Assembly: GCA_965203445.1 (NCBI GenBank)
Contig: OZ241883.1
Span: 2,048,001-2,112,000, forward strand
DNA length: 64,000 nt
Reading direction: 5' to 3'
Source: Candidatus Oxydemutator sp.
Lineage (GTDB): Bacteria; Pseudomonadota; Gammaproteobacteria; Poriferisulfidales; Oxydemutatoraceae
Shown one piece after another: positions 33,789-44,799 of the stretch. The translations under genes were made by a program, and so were the position numbers. The stretch's first letter is position 1; every line of letters starts with the position of its first letter. The notes beneath the pieces were generated by a model. That model was given only the letters and a program-made list of their open reading frames with translations, had not been told where the DNA came from and did no database searches.

Positions 33789-35277
33789 GGCCCCGCCGAG
33801 AGCGCGCCGCGCGGCGCAACGCCGGTATCCAACACAGCGACAACGACAGCGACGACCAGCCGAGCACCGGCCAGTCGCGCCAGCGGGCGTACGGCGTGGC
33901 ACCGCCGCGCATACGCACGACGTCCTCGACCACGCCCTGCTCGAAAAGTCCCATGTCTTTCACGATTGCACCTTGGTAGTCTATGATCGCCGAAATACCG
34001 GTGCTGGTCGCGCGCACCATGTAGCGTCCGTTCTCGACGGCGCGCACCCGCGCCATTTGCAGAAGCTGGAACGGCGCCAGCGAATCTCCGAACCAGGAAT
34101 CATTGCTGAAGTTGATCAGATAGTCGGCGCGCGGCGCGGCGTCCGCGACCTCGGCACCGAACGCGACCTCGTAGCAGATCGAGACCCCGGCCTCGTGTGC
34201 TCCGACGCGCATCAGCGGCGGGCCTTGACCGGCGCTGAGATCGGACATTGGAATGATAACAAAGCGGCGGAACAACTCCAACAGAACGCGCAACGGCATG
34301 TACTCGCCGAAAGGCACGAGCCGCCGCTTATGGTAGAAGGAGCCGTCGGAGACGTTCAGCACGCTGTTGTAGGTTTTGCCGGTGGCGGGGTCCTCGTGAA
34401 AAATGCCGGTCAGCAGGTCGCCGCCGGCGGCGTCGAGACGTCGCCGCAGCCGCTGCAGAAACGGTGCCTCGGCGTGCGCCGCGCGGATCGGGAGCGCGGT
34501 TTCCGGCCATATGACGACGTCGCTGCCGAGCACCGGTTCGCTCAACGACGAATACGTCCGGAACAAGCGCCGCAGATAGTCGCGTTCGAACTTCAAGGTC
34601 TGCACGACGTTGGCCTGCACCAGCGCGACCGTCGCCTGTCCCGGGCGCGCCGTCGTCCATTCGTAATCGCGCGCGGCGGCGCCGCTGGCCAGCACCGCCG
34701 CCAGTATCACCGCCGCGTATCCCCTCGTTCGGCCTTTGCAAGACACGGCACACACCGACGCGCCGGCACAGAACGCGGCGAACCAGCTGGCGCCGAATAT
34801 TCCGAACACCGGCAGCGTGCCGCTCCACGGAGAATCCACCAGCGCCTGCCCCAACAAATTCCATGGAAAGCCGCTGAACAGCGTGGCGCGCAGCCATTCG
34901 ACGCCGACCCACGCCGCCGGGAACAACAACAAACACGCCCGCCAGCGGCAGCGGCCTGAGTATTTCGCGACGCCCCACGCAAGCAGCGCGTAATACAACG
35001 CCAGCACCGCGGCCAGAAGCGACACCGCGACAATCGCCAGAGCCGCGTCGGCCTGCCCGAAATCGTGCAGGCTGTAATACAGCCAATAACAGCTGCCGGC
35101 CGAGTACAGCAGACCGAAACAATAGCCTTGCGCAAAGGCCCGCGCCGGCGCCGCGCGCAGCCACAATACGAGCAGCAGCGCGGGCACCGCGAACACCAGC
35201 GGGTACCATGACCACGGCGCGAACGCCGCGACCAGCAACAAACCGGCGGCGGCGGACGCGACGTATCCGATGACCAT
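33781..35277 (-). CDS. lnt: Apolipoprotein N-acyltransferase
   Basis: GFPW, WPETA, KRRLVPFGEY, ICYE, SNDSWFG, RAVENGR. Confidence 0.94.
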   Translation of the reverse strand: MVIGYVASAAAGLLLVAAFAPWSWYPLVFAVPALLLVLWLRAAPARAFAQGYCFGLLYSAGSCYWLYYSLHDFGQADAALAIVAVSLLAAVLALYYALLAWGVAKYSGRCRWRACLLLFPAAWVGVEWLRATLFSGFPWNLLGQALVDSPWSGTLPVFGIFGASWFAAFCAGASVCAVSCKGRTRGYAAVILAAVLASGAAARDYEWTTARPGQATVALVQANVVQTLKFERDYLRRLFRTYSSLSEPVLGSDVVIWPETALPIRAAHAEAPFLQRLRRRLDAAGGDLLTGIFHEDPATGKTYNSVLNVSDGSFYHKRRLVPFGEYMPLRVLLELFRRFVIIPMSDLSAGQGPPLMRVGAHEAGVSICYEVAFGAEVADAAPRADYLINFSNDSWFGDSLAPFQLLQMARVRAVENGRYMVRATSTGISAIIDYQGAIVKDMGLFEQGVVEDVVRMRGGATPYARWRDWPVLGWSSLSLSLCWIPALRRAARSRRGRV

Positions 35278-35299
35278 GCGCGGCGCCCGGGCGGCGCGG

Positions 35300-36154
35300 T
35301 CAGGCCGCGCTTTTGCGCACCGCCAGCAGATGCACGCGCCGGCTGTCGGCGTTGACGACCTCGAACAGGAAGTCGCCGACGGCGACCGCCTCGCCGCGTT
35401 CCGGCACGTGGCCCAGCGCCTCGATGACGACGCCGCCGACCGTGTCGACGTCGCCGCGCCTAAGGTCGCACTCGAAATAGCGATTGAAAAACGTGAGCGG
35501 CGTCAGCGCCTTGACGGAATAGCAGCCGTGCCCCCGGTCATAGATGTATTCGCTCTCGGTGACGTCGTGCTCGTCGCTGATGTCGCCGACAATCTGCTCG
35601 AGCACGTCCTCGATCGTGACCAGGCCCGCGGTGCCGCCGTACTCGTCCACCACGATCGCCATGTGACTGCGGTTTTTACGGAACTCGTCGAGCAACACGT
35701 CGAGACGCTTGCTCTCCGGCACCATCGTCTGCGGACGAATGCAGTCGGCGAAGCCTTCGGCGCTCTCGCCAGGGCCTAGGCAACGCAGCAGGTCTTTCGC
35801 CAGCAGCACGCCGCGCACGTCGTCCAGGTCGTCGCCGGTAACCGGAAAACGCGAATGGCCGCTGTCCATCACGATTTTCAGAATCTGCCTGAGCTCCATG
35901 TCATAGGATACGACGGTCATCTGCGAGCGCGGCACCATGATGTCGTTGACGCGCAGATCGGCGACGTGGCCCAGGCCTTCCATCATCGCCAGCGTGTCGG
36001 CGCCGCGCAGGCCGTTGCGCCGGCAGTTCTCGAGCAGGCGGCTGATGCGGCGAACGTCGCCCGGATGCTCGACCCACAGCATCCGCAGGCGTTCGCAAAG
36101 ACGCGCCAGAAAAAGGGGGCGCCCGCCGGCGTCGGGATTTTCGGCGCGGTTCAC
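35300..36154 (-). CDS. corC: CBS/transporter-associated protein CorC (YbeX)
   Basis: DIMVPRSQM, SGHSRFPV, VPESKRL, HMAIVVDEYGG, EDVLEQIVGDI; start approximate. Confidence 0.9.
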   Translation of the reverse strand: MNRAENPDAGGRPLFLARLCERLRMLWVEHPGDVRRISRLLENCRRNGLRGADTLAMMEGLGHVADLRVNDIMVPRSQMTVVSYDMELRQILKIVMDSGHSRFPVTGDDLDDVRGVLLAKDLLRCLGPGESAEGFADCIRPQTMVPESKRLDVLLDEFRKNRSHMAIVVDEYGGTAGLVTIEDVLEQIVGDISDEHDVTESEYIYDRGHGCYSVKALTPLTFFNRYFECDLRRGDVDTVGGVVIEALGHVPERGEAVAVGDFLFEVVNADSRRVHLLAVRKSAA

Positions 36155-36612
36155 GACGCGTCTCGCCACGGGTCGGCGAAGCCTAGGCACCGCAGGACGT
36201 CGCTCTCGCGGGCTTCCATGCGCGCCGCGGCCGCGGCGTCGTCATGGCGGTAGCCCCGCAAATGCAGTAGCCCGTGCACGAACAAGTGTGCCCAGTGATT
36301 CTTGAGCGGCCGCTTGCGGCGTCGCGCCTCGCGCGCAACCAGCGGCGCCGCGAGCACGACGTCGCCCAGGTAGTTCGGATCCACCGGCACCGGCGCCGGT
36401 GTCGCGTCGAACGGAAACGACAGCACGTCGGTCGCGCGGGCGCGGCCACGGTAGCGCAGGTTCAACTCCGCGGACTCCCGTTCATCCACTATGCGCACGC
36501 ACACGCGCGCGTCGCCGGCGACCGCCGCGCCCCAGGCGCGAAACTCGCGCACCAAAGGCAGCCCCGCGGGTCGCGGCCGCACGACCACTTGCACGACGAC
36601 TCCCACCGTCAA
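36151..36612 (-). CDS. ybeY: rRNA maturation RNase YbeY
   Basis: LN.RYRG...TDVLSFP, LGDVVLA, HLFVHGLLHLRGYRH. Confidence 0.93.
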   Translation of the reverse strand: MTVGVVVQVVVRPRPAGLPLVREFRAWGAAVAGDARVCVRIVDERESAELNLRYRGRARATDVLSFPFDATPAPVPVDPNYLGDVVLAAPLVAREARRRKRPLKNHWAHLFVHGLLHLRGYRHDDAAAAARMEARESDVLRCLGFADPWRDAS

Positions 36613-37631
36613 TCGTCGGGCGCGGTGTCCGCCGCGCGCGTGCGCGTGGCGGCGCCTTCGTAGGCGTCGATGATCCTGCGCACCAACGGGTGGCGAATGA
36701 CGTCGCCGGAGTCGAAGAAGCTGAAGCCGATGCCGGCGACCGGGCGCAGTATCGCCAGCGCGTCGCGCAGGCCCGACTCCCTGCCGTGCGGCAGATCCAC
36801 CTGGGTCACGTCGCCGGTGACCACCGCTTTCGAGCTGAAGCCAATGCGCGTCAGAAACATCCTCATCTGCTCGACCGTCGTGTTCTGCGCCTCGTCGAGA
36901 ATAATAAAGGCGCCGTTCAGCGAACGCCCGCGCATGTAGGCGAGCGGCGCCACCTCGATGACGCCGCGCTCGATCAGGCGGTGCACCCGGTCGAAGCCGA
37001 TCATCTCGTAGAGCGCGTCGTAGATCGGGCGCAAGTACGGGTCTATCTTCTGCGAGAAATCACCGGGCAAGAAGCCGAGCCGCTCGCCGGCCTCGACCGC
37101 CGGGCGGATCAGCACCAGTTTTTCCGTCTGTTCGCGCTCGAGTATCTCGACGCCCTTGGCCACGGCAAGGTAGGTCTTGCCGGTACCGGCGGGGCCGATG
37201 GCCAAGGTCAGATCGTGCGCCGTCATGTTGCTCAGATAGCGCGCCTGGTTGCGCCCTTTCACGCGGATGACCTTGTTGCGCAGGCGCACGTAGCCGCCGG
37301 CATCGTGATCATCGGAGCCGGCCGCGAGCGAATTGGGTTGCAGGCTTTTGTGCACGTCGTCTAGCGTCAGCTCGCCGTCGGCCTCGGCATACAACGATTG
37401 CAGCAGGTTCGCGGCGGCGCGTTTGGCGCGTGCGCCGCCGTTCACCGAGAAACGATTGCCCTGCTGCGTGATGCGCACCCCGAGATGGCGCTCGAGCTCG
37501 CGGATGTGGCGGTTGAACGGCCCGCACAAATTGGCGAGGCGCGACGGATGGGCGGGTTCGAGCACCACCAGCTCGGCGCTTAGCGGCGCCGTTTTCAAGG
37601 CCGACGCGACCCGCGCCCGGCGATGGGGCAA
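36609..37631 (-). CDS. phoH: PhoH-family ATPase (YbeZ)
   Basis: GPAGTGKTYLA, RPAVEAGERLGFLPG, LAYMRGR, DEAQNTT; start uncertain. Confidence 0.92.
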   Translation of the reverse strand: MPHRRARVASALKTAPLSAELVVLEPAHPSRLANLCGPFNRHIRELERHLGVRITQQGNRFSVNGGARAKRAAANLLQSLYAEADGELTLDDVHKSLQPNSLAAGSDDHDAGGYVRLRNKVIRVKGRNQARYLSNMTAHDLTLAIGPAGTGKTYLAVAKGVEILEREQTEKLVLIRPAVEAGERLGFLPGDFSQKIDPYLRPIYDALYEMIGFDRVHRLIERGVIEVAPLAYMRGRSLNGAFIILDEAQNTTVEQMRMFLTRIGFSSKAVVTGDVTQVDLPHGRESGLRDALAILRPVAGIGFSFFDSGDVIRHPLVRRIIDAYEGAATRTRAADTAPDD

Positions 37632-37641
37632 TCCGTCGGCG

Positions 37642-38979
37642 TCATCGAACCAGCCGTCCGCGCAGCGAATTCGGCAGCGCCTCGGTGATCTCGACGTCCG
37701 CGAACTCGCCGATCAGAGCGCGCTCGCCGTCGAAGTTGACGACGCGGTTGTTGCCGGTGCGCCCGCACAACTGCCCGTGTCCTTTCTTCGAGACGGCGCA
37801 TACGAGCACGTTCTCGACGCCGCCGACCATGGACTCGGACACGGCGCTCGCCATCTCGGCGACGCGCCGCTGCAAGAGCGCGAGACGGCGTTTCTTGACC
37901 GCGCGCGGAGTGTCGTCCGGCAGCGCCGCGGCCGGCGTGCCGGGGCGCGGGCTGTAGAGAAAGCTGAACGACTGATCGTAGCCGAGGTCCTCGATCAAGG
38001 CCATGGTGCGCGCGAAATCGTCGTCGCTCTCGCCCGGGAAACCGACGATGAAATCGGACGACAGCGACAGGCGCGGGCGCGCTTTTCTGAGCTTGCGCAC
38101 GATGGATTTGTATTCGAGCACCGTGTAGCCGCGTTTCATCGCCGCGAGCACGCGGTCGGAACCGCTTTGCACCGGCAGGTGCAGATGGTCGGCGAGTTGC
38201 GGCAGCTCGGTATAGGCCGCGATCAGTTCGTCGCTGAACTCGATGGGATGCGACGTCGTGTAGCGGATGCGGTCTATGCCGTCGATCGCGGCGACGTGAT
38301 GCAGCAGCAACGAGAAATCCACGAAACCGCGGCCTTCCTCGGCGTTTTCCCAATAGCGATAGCCGTTGACGTTCTGCCCCAGCAAGGTCACCTCGCGCAC
38401 GCCCTGGGCCGCGAGCGCGGCGATCTCCTCGAGCACGCCCGGCAACGCTCTGCTGCGCTCTTCGCCGCGCGTGTACGGGACGACGCAAAACGTGCAGTAT
38501 TTGCTGCACCCCTCCATGATCGAGACGAAAGCGCTGGGGCCGTCGGCGCGCGCCTCCGGCAGGCGGTCGAATTTCTCCATCTCGGGGAAGCGCACGTCCA
38601 CTTGCGGCGCGCGCTGCCGCGCGACGCCGTCGAACATCGCCGGCAGGCGGTGGATCGTCTGCGGCCCGAACACGATGTCCACGTACGGCGCGCGCTCTCG
38701 AATCGCCGCGCCCTCCTGGCTTGCAACGCAGCCGCCGACACCGATGGTGACTTCTTTATTGCGCTTTTTCAACGCCTTCCAGCGCCCAAGTTCGGAGAAA
38801 ACCTTGGCCTGGGCCTTGTCGCGCACCGAGCAGGTGTTGATCAACAACAGGTCGGCTTCCTCCGGGTTTTGCGTGGGCCTCATCCCGTGCGAGGCTTCGA
38901 GCAGATCGAGGATCTTGCCGGAGTCGTACTCGTTCATCTGACAACCGTAGGTCTTCAGGAAAACTTTGGGAGCGTTCAT
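37642..38979 (-). CDS. miaB: tRNA methylthiotransferase MiaB
   Basis: [48 protein letters not shown] domain. Confidence 0.96.
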   Translation of the reverse strand: MNAPKVFLKTYGCQMNEYDSGKILDLLEASHGMRPTQNPEEADLLLINTCSVRDKAQAKVFSELGRWKALKKRNKEVTIGVGGCVASQEGAAIRERAPYVDIVFGPQTIHRLPAMFDGVARQRAPQVDVRFPEMEKFDRLPEARADGPSAFVSIMEGCSKYCTFCVVPYTRGEERSRALPGVLEEIAALAAQGVREVTLLGQNVNGYRYWENAEEGRGFVDFSLLLHHVAAIDGIDRIRYTTSHPIEFSDELIAAYTELPQLADHLHLPVQSGSDRVLAAMKRGYTVLEYKSIVRKLRKARPRLSLSSDFIVGFPGESDDDFARTMALIEDLGYDQSFSFLYSPRPGTPAAALPDDTPRAVKKRRLALLQRRVAEMASAVSESMVGGVENVLVCAVSKKGHGQLCGRTGNNRVVNFDGERALIGEFADVEITEALPNSLRGRLVR

Positions 38980-40868
38980 CGCGATTGTCCGGCGCCGCTC
39001 GGCGGCTTGTCGCAACGGTAGGAGGGAACCGCCTGCGCCAACAAACGACGCAGCCGACCGGCGTCCCTCTCGCGCAACGCCTGCTCGAACTCCCGCAACG
39101 TGGACTCCAGCTGCCGCGGTTGCGGGCACGGCTCCCTGGCGCGCATGATTTTCGGATGCAAAGTGGTCTCGGCGCCGCTGCTCAACAATTCCTCGCGCAG
39201 CTTCTCTCCCGGGCGCAGGCCGGTATAGCGAATTGGGATGTCCCCCGGTTCATCATCGTTTTCTCGCGCTCGCAAGCCGCTCAAATATATCATTTTACGG
39301 GCGACTTCGGCAATTTTCACCGGCTTGCCCATGTCGAGCACGAATATATCGCCGCTGTCGGCCAACATACCAGCCTGGATGACCAATTCCGCGGCCTCGC
39401 GCACCGTCATGAAGTAACGCTCGGCCTCGGGGTGGGTCACGGTCACCGCCAAGCGGCGGTCTATCTGTTCGCGGAACAATGGAATAGCCGAACCCGACGA
39501 CCCCAGCACGTTGCCGAAACGCACGATCGAGAAACAAGTGGCACCCGGCTCCAAGGCCATCGTCTGCAACACCATCTCGGCAAGCCTCTTGCTGGCACCC
39601 ATGATGCCGGCGGGGCGCACCGCCTTGTCGGTCGAAATCAGCACAAAGCGTCCCACCGCGGCGGCGCGCGCGGCCGCGGCCACGGTACGCGTGCCGAACA
39701 CGTTGTTGCCGACGCCGGCGATGACGTTGTCCTCGACTATCGAAACGTGTTTATAGGCGGCCGCGTGATAGACGACGTCCACCGGCCACGCGGCGAACAA
39801 ATCGGCGACAAAGGCCGCGTCTTCGACCGAGCCGAGCAGCGCCACGACGTCGGTCGTGCCGGCGACGGACGTCTCGCCCAGGCGCTTGCCGATCTCGAAC
39901 AGCGCGTACTCTGACTGCTCGACCAAAATCAGCCGTCCGGCCCCCAACGCCAACATCTGCTCGCACAGCTGCGAGCCGATCGAACCGCCGGCGCCGGTCA
40001 CCACGATACAGCGGCCGCGAACGCCCTCCTCGAGCAGCGCGCGATCGGGCGCCACCGGTTCGCGCCCCAGCAAATCCTCGATCTCGATCCGGTGCAGACG
40101 CCCGGGATCGACCCGCCCCTGCACCCATTCCCTCATCGGCGGCAACGCCTTCGTCCGCAGCGGATAGTTGCTCAGGAAATCGAGTACGCGCAAGCGCTGG
40201 CCGGCGTCGTCGGAAAACGCGGTGACCAGCACCTCCTCGACGTCGCCGCGCTCGACCAGCCGCGCGAGCGCATCCGGCGCATGCACCGGCAGCCCGGCGA
40301 CCTCGCGCCCCCACAAGTCGTCGTTTTCATCCAGGAAAAAGCGCGGGCGGTAGCCCGAATCCGAGTTCATCAACATCAGCGCAAGCTGCATGCCCTCGGT
40401 GCCGGCGCCGTAGATCGCGACCGGCGTCTCAGGCCAGGGTTTTTGCGGTTGTCGCTGTGAGCGCGCCAGGAACAAACGGTACATGACCAGGCGACTGCCG
40501 ACGATCAGCGTGAAAAAGATAAACCCGTATATCAGTATCGCCGAACGCGGCATGCCGGGGATCGCGAGCAGCAGCGCGGCGATTCCCCACAGCGCGACGG
40601 CCAGCGAGACCGTGACCGCGACCGTGCCGATAGCCTCGAGCGCAAAGCGCCTGATGACGGCGCGGTATAGGCCCAGGCGCACAAACACCGGGATCGCGGC
40701 CAACGGCGCCGCGACGAACAACGGCCACCATTTGGCCGCCAACGGCACCCACTGTTCGAGGCGCAGCGACAGCGCGACCCACAGCGAAAAGACGCTGATG
40801 ATCGAGTCCGCCGCCACCAGCACCGCGCGTTTGGCGGGGCGCGGCAGGCGCGCGAGCCACGTCAGCAT
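38976..40868 (-). CDS. Nucleoside-diphosphate sugar dehydratase (CapD/WbpM family)
   Basis: N-terminal TMs, [54 protein letters not shown]. Confidence 0.92.
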   Translation of the reverse strand: MLTWLARLPRPAKRAVLVAADSIISVFSLWVALSLRLEQWVPLAAKWWPLFVAAPLAAIPVFVRLGLYRAVIRRFALEAIGTVAVTVSLAVALWGIAALLLAIPGMPRSAILIYGFIFFTLIVGSRLVMYRLFLARSQRQPQKPWPETPVAIYGAGTEGMQLALMLMNSDSGYRPRFFLDENDDLWGREVAGLPVHAPDALARLVERGDVEEVLVTAFSDDAGQRLRVLDFLSNYPLRTKALPPMREWVQGRVDPGRLHRIEIEDLLGREPVAPDRALLEEGVRGRCIVVTGAGGSIGSQLCEQMLALGAGRLILVEQSEYALFEIGKRLGETSVAGTTDVVALLGSVEDAAFVADLFAAWPVDVVYHAAAYKHVSIVEDNVIAGVGNNVFGTRTVAAAARAAAVGRFVLISTDKAVRPAGIMGASKRLAEMVLQTMALEPGATCFSIVRFGNVLGSSGSAIPLFREQIDRRLAVTVTHPEAERYFMTVREAAELVIQAGMLADSGDIFVLDMGKPVKIAEVARKMIYLSGLRARENDDEPGDIPIRYTGLRPGEKLREELLSSGAETTLHPKIMRAREPCPQPRQLESTLREFEQALRERDAGRLRRLLAQAVPSYRCDKPPSGAGQSR

Positions 40869-40887
40869 CGGCGTCCTCCGCGCAAGC

Positions 40888-41949
40888 TCATTCGCCGCCG
40901 CCGGCGCCGGCGTACAGCGCGACGCCGGCCAGCGGCAACAACGCCAGCGCGGCGCACGCCGCCCCCCATTCGGGACGCAGCGCCGCGAGCAGCGCCAGCG
41001 GCGCCAGCCAGAAAACGTTGACCGCACCGACGCCGAGCGCGACGACCGCGTGTGCGCGCCCGCGCCGCGCACCGTCCGCGCCGCCGTAGCGTCGCTGCAA
41101 CGCGCGCGCAAAACGCTGATAAGCATGATCGCGATGCGCCTTGTAGAACTTCTTGCGGCGCCATACGCGGCGCAACAGAGTCACGGTCGCGTCGCAAAAA
41201 AACACGCCGAACAAAATCATCCAGACCCAGACGTTCACGTCGTCGTCCATCGAGGTGCGGATCGCAAACAAACCAAGGCAAAAACCGAGAAAACCGCTGG
41301 CGGTGTCGCCCATGAACACCTTCGCCGGCGGCCAGTTCCAGACCAGAAAGCCGGCGGTCGCCGCGGCCAGCATCATCAGCGACGCGACGGCGTAATGCCC
41401 CGGCGAGACCAGCGTCAAAATCACGCCCGCGCCGAGCGCGATGGTAATCGCCTCGACGCCGGCGATGGCATCGGTGCCGTCCATGAAGTTGAACAAGTTC
41501 AGCACCCATATCAGCAACACGCCTTCCAACAGGTAGAGAGCGCCGCTCCCCGGCGCTATCACAAACGAACCGAAGGCCAGCGGCGGCGTGCCCAACCACA
41601 GACAGCAGGCCACGACCGCCGCCAGCGTGAGAACGAAGCGCGCCAGCGGGCGCAATTCAAGCACGTCGTCGGCGAGGCCGACGGCGGCGATCCAGGCGCC
41701 GCCCACGAGCAGCGCCCAGTAGAGGCGTTCATCGAAGCCGGCGCGTTGCCCGAGCAACGTGATCGCCGCGAGAAACACGATGACGGCGGCCAGGCCGCCG
41801 CCGCGCGGCACCGGCCGCGCATGCGAGCTTCTGGGGTTCGGAACGTCCAATATACGCCGCGATTCCAGCTCTCGCGTCAGCAGCCCGGTCAAGCCGGCGC
41901 TGGCGGCAAAGACCGCGGCGAGAACGAGGTAATCCGAGGCGGCGGTCAC
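40888..41949 (-). CDS. MraY/WecA-family initiating glycosyltransferase (WbpL-like)
   Basis: DVPNPRSSH..PVPRGGG, NLFNFMDG.D, WNWPPAKVFMGD, AHR.HAYQ. Confidence 0.9.
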   Translation of the reverse strand: MTAASDYLVLAAVFAASAGLTGLLTRELESRRILDVPNPRSSHARPVPRGGGLAAVIVFLAAITLLGQRAGFDERLYWALLVGGAWIAAVGLADDVLELRPLARFVLTLAAVVACCLWLGTPPLAFGSFVIAPGSGALYLLEGVLLIWVLNLFNFMDGTDAIAGVEAITIALGAGVILTLVSPGHYAVASLMMLAAATAGFLVWNWPPAKVFMGDTASGFLGFCLGLFAIRTSMDDDVNVWVWMILFGVFFCDATVTLLRRVWRRKKFYKAHRDHAYQRFARALQRRYGGADGARRGRAHAVVALGVGAVNVFWLAPLALLAALRPEWGAACAALALLPLAGVALYAGAGGGE

Positions 41950-41974
41950 GTGCCTTCTCCGTGGGTGGTGCTCA

Positions 41975-42958
41975 TCACCGGCCGCGGACGGCGCCGATCT
42001 TTTGCTGCCAGCGCCACGCGCTGGCGATGATAGCGTCGAGCTCGTCGTGGCGCGGCGTCCAGCCGAGCACCTTCCGGATCTCACCGTTGTCGGCGATCAA
42101 CGCCGCGGGATCGCCGGCGCGACGCGGCGACGGCGTTACCGCAAAGTCCACGCCGGTCACTTTTTTCGCGGCGGCGAGCACCTCGGCCACACTGTAGCCG
42201 TGCCCGTAACCGCAGTTCAGGACCCGCGATTCGCCGCCGCGCGCAAGGTAGTCGAGCGCGCACAAATGGGCTTCGGCTACGTCGAGCACGTGGACGTAGT
42301 CGCGCACGCAGGTGCCGTCGGCGGTGTCGTAATCGGTGCCAAACAACCTGATTTCCGGCAACAGTCCCGCGGCCGCGCGACAGGCGACCGTTATCAGGTG
42401 TCCGGCCTCCCGGGAATACTGACCGATACGCGCCTCGTGATCGGCGCCGGCGACGTTGAAATAACGCAGACTCACGCTGTTGAAGCCGGCGGCACGGGAA
42501 ACGTCGGCGACCATCATCTCGCAGGCCAGTTTCGACGCGCCGTACGGATTGATCGGACGCAGCGCAGCGTCCTCGCGCACCGGCAGCGACGACGGCGCGC
42601 CATAGACCGCGGCCGTCGAGGAAAACACAAAGTGGCGTATGCCGCTCCTGCGACAGCAGTCGAGCAGGTGCAGCGTCGCGACCGCGTTGTTCTTGTAGTA
42701 GGCATGCGGGTCGCGCACCGACTCGGGCACCGACACCGAGGCCGCGAAATGCATGACGGCGTCGAAGGAACGGCGCGCGAAAATCCGCTCCAAACCATCA
42801 CCGCCGACGTCGGCGATCTCCAGATCCCCGGCGAGGAGCGCCTCGCGCACGCCGCTCGACAGGTCGTCGCAAACGACGATCCGATGGCCGGCATCGGCAA
42901 GCATCAGCACGGCGTGGCTGCCAATATAGCCGGCGCCGCCGGTCACCAGAACGTTCAC
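41975..42958 (-). CDS. galE: UDP-glucose 4-epimerase
   Basis: VTGGAGYIGSH, HFAA, FSSTAAVYG, NPYGASK, LRYFNVAGA, DGTCVRDYVHV. Confidence 0.94.
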   Translation of the reverse strand: MNVLVTGGAGYIGSHAVLMLADAGHRIVVCDDLSSGVREALLAGDLEIADVGGDGLERIFARRSFDAVMHFAASVSVPESVRDPHAYYKNNAVATLHLLDCCRRSGIRHFVFSSTAAVYGAPSSLPVREDAALRPINPYGASKLACEMMVADVSRAAGFNSVSLRYFNVAGADHEARIGQYSREAGHLITVACRAAAGLLPEIRLFGTDYDTADGTCVRDYVHVLDVAEAHLCALDYLARGGESRVLNCGYGHGYSVAEVLAAAKKVTGVDFAVTPSPRRAGDPAALIADNGEIRKVLGWTPRHDELDAIIASAWRWQQKIGAVRGR

Positions 42959-44085
42959 GCCGCACGCTCCAGCGAAGCGCGGTAGACGCGTTGCAGGAGG
43001 TCGCACATGTGCTCGCGCGTGAACAGAGCGTCGAAACGGCGGCGCCCGCGCTCCCCGAAGCGCCGCGCCAGTCCGGGATTGCGCGCCAAAACGTTGATCG
43101 CGCGCGCCAACGCCACCGGGTCGCGCGGCGCGACGTTCAAGCCGCTGACGCGGTCGGCGTTGACCCAGGAGACGCCGGAACCAGGCAGCCGCGTCGCCAC
43201 CACCGGCTTGCCCAGGCGCATTGCCTCGACCTGGACGATGCCGAAGGCCTCCGACGGCAGTACCGAAGGCAGGCAGAACACGTCGCACGCCTGGTAGCAG
43301 ACGTGCGCCTCGTCGTCGTCGAGAGGCCCCAGCAGAAAAACCTTGCGCGTCAACCCGTGGCGCGCGATCAATCTGTGCAGGCGGCGGCGGTACGGGCCGT
43401 CGCCGCCGATCAAAATTTTGAGCGATCCGTCGAGGTGCGCGCCCGCCTCTACCAGATACTCGAACCCCTTGTAATAGACGAGCCGCCCCAGCGCGAACAC
43501 CAGAACGGCATCCGCGTAGCGCGCGCGGAACGCGGCGACGCGCGCCGCGTCGCCGCGTGGCGCACGCCGCTCTATCCCGATCGGAACGACGGACACTTTG
43601 TCACGGACGACTTCGAGATGCCGCGAGCGCGCGTATGCCGGCGAACTGACGATGACCGCAAAAGCACGGCGCAACAGCCACCGCTGCAACGGTAGAAACA
43701 GCCGCAACGCCACCTTCTGGCGCACGACGTCGCTGTGCCAGTGCACCACGATCGCGGCCCGCACCCGCCGGCGCAGCAGAAACAACGCAAGCGTCGCCGC
43801 CGGGTCGGGGTGGTGCAACGCGATCACGTCGTAATTCGCGGCGATTCTCCAAAAACGCACGAACAGCCCGGGCGACAGCGGCATCGAAAAAAGATGGCCG
43901 AAAAACCCGGCGCGATATATCGTGCCGTTGCGCGCCGCCTCTCGCAGCGAGGCCGTCCCCCTGTTGCAGCACAGAACGTCGCAACGGACGCCGCGCGCGG
44001 CCAGGCCCTCGCGGACGTTGTATATCGCGCACTCGATACCTCCTCGCGACGGCGGATAAAACCGCCCGAACTGCAAAACTCGCAT
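42955..44085 (-). CDS. GT4-family glycosyltransferase
   Basis: FYPP..GGIE, HWHSD, GRLVYYKG, SEAFGIVQVEAM..GKPVV. Confidence 0.9.
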   Translation of the reverse strand: MRVLQFGRFYPPSRGGIECAIYNVREGLAARGVRCDVLCCNRGTASLREAARNGTIYRAGFFGHLFSMPLSPGLFVRFWRIAANYDVIALHHPDPAATLALFLLRRRVRAAIVVHWHSDVVRQKVALRLFLPLQRWLLRRAFAVIVSSPAYARSRHLEVVRDKVSVVPIGIERRAPRGDAARVAAFRARYADAVLVFALGRLVYYKGFEYLVEAGAHLDGSLKILIGGDGPYRRRLHRLIARHGLTRKVFLLGPLDDDEAHVCYQACDVFCLPSVLPSEAFGIVQVEAMRLGKPVVATRLPGSGVSWVNADRVSGLNVAPRDPVALARAINVLARNPGLARRFGERGRRRFDALFTREHMCDLLQRVYRASLERAA

Positions 44086-44123
44086 GCAAAACGAGAAAGA
44101 TTCAGGCGCGGCGGCGGTGTCCT

Positions 44124-44615
44124 CTAAAACGGAATGTCATCGTTTTGATCCAGCGCCGTATCGGCACCGCCGACCGTCGTATCCACCGGCGTCGGCGCGG
44201 CGCGCCCGGCACCCGGCTGTGCACTCCTGTGGCGCGACCTCTCGGACCTGTCGTAGTGGGCCGTGTTGTCGCCGCCCGTTCTGCGTCCTAGAATCTGCAT
44301 GTCAGAAACGACGATCTCGGTGTTGTAACGGTCGTTGCCGGCCTGGTCCTGCCATTTGCGAGTCTGCAAGCGCCCCTCGACGTATATTTGCGAACCTTTG
44401 TGCAGATATTCGCCGACGATCTCGGCGAGCCTGCCGAAGAACACCAGCCGATGCCACTCGGTTTCCTCCTGCCGCTCTCCGGTCTCGCGGTTCTTCCAGC
44501 TCTCGGTCGTCGCCAGCGACAAGTTGCAGACGGCCGATCCCTTGGACGTGTAACGCACTTCGGGATCCTGTCCCAGATTGCCTATCAAAATCGCCTTGTT
44601 GACTCCTCTTGCCAT
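44124..44615 (-). CDS. ssb: Single-stranded DNA-binding protein
   Basis: [35 protein letters not shown], acidic tail DDIPF. Confidence 0.97.
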   Translation of the reverse strand: MARGVNKAILIGNLGQDPEVRYTSKGSAVCNLSLATTESWKNRETGERQEETEWHRLVFFGRLAEIVGEYLHKGSQIYVEGRLQTRKWQDQAGNDRYNTEIVVSDMQILGRRTGGDNTAHYDRSERSRHRSAQPGAGRAAPTPVDTTVGGADTALDQNDDIPF

Positions 44616-44648
44616 AAAACAAATCCTCTATTGATCGGTTATGTTAAA

Positions 44649-44679
44649 AATATAGTAACGGACAATCCGTTACTATATT
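44649..44679. promoter_or_regulatory. Perfect 14-bp inverted repeat upstream of ssb
   Basis: AATATAGTAACGGA-caa-TCCGTTACTATATT. Confidence 0.7.
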
Positions 44680-44799
44680 ACCTTTTTGCAGTCTCGGCCA
44701 GCGTCCCGACGCCGAGCGCCGCCCGATTGGCCTTCGACGGGGGCAGCTCCAACGTGGCGGCCGCCTCAAGGGCGCCCTCAACGCGCGCAAGACGCCGCC

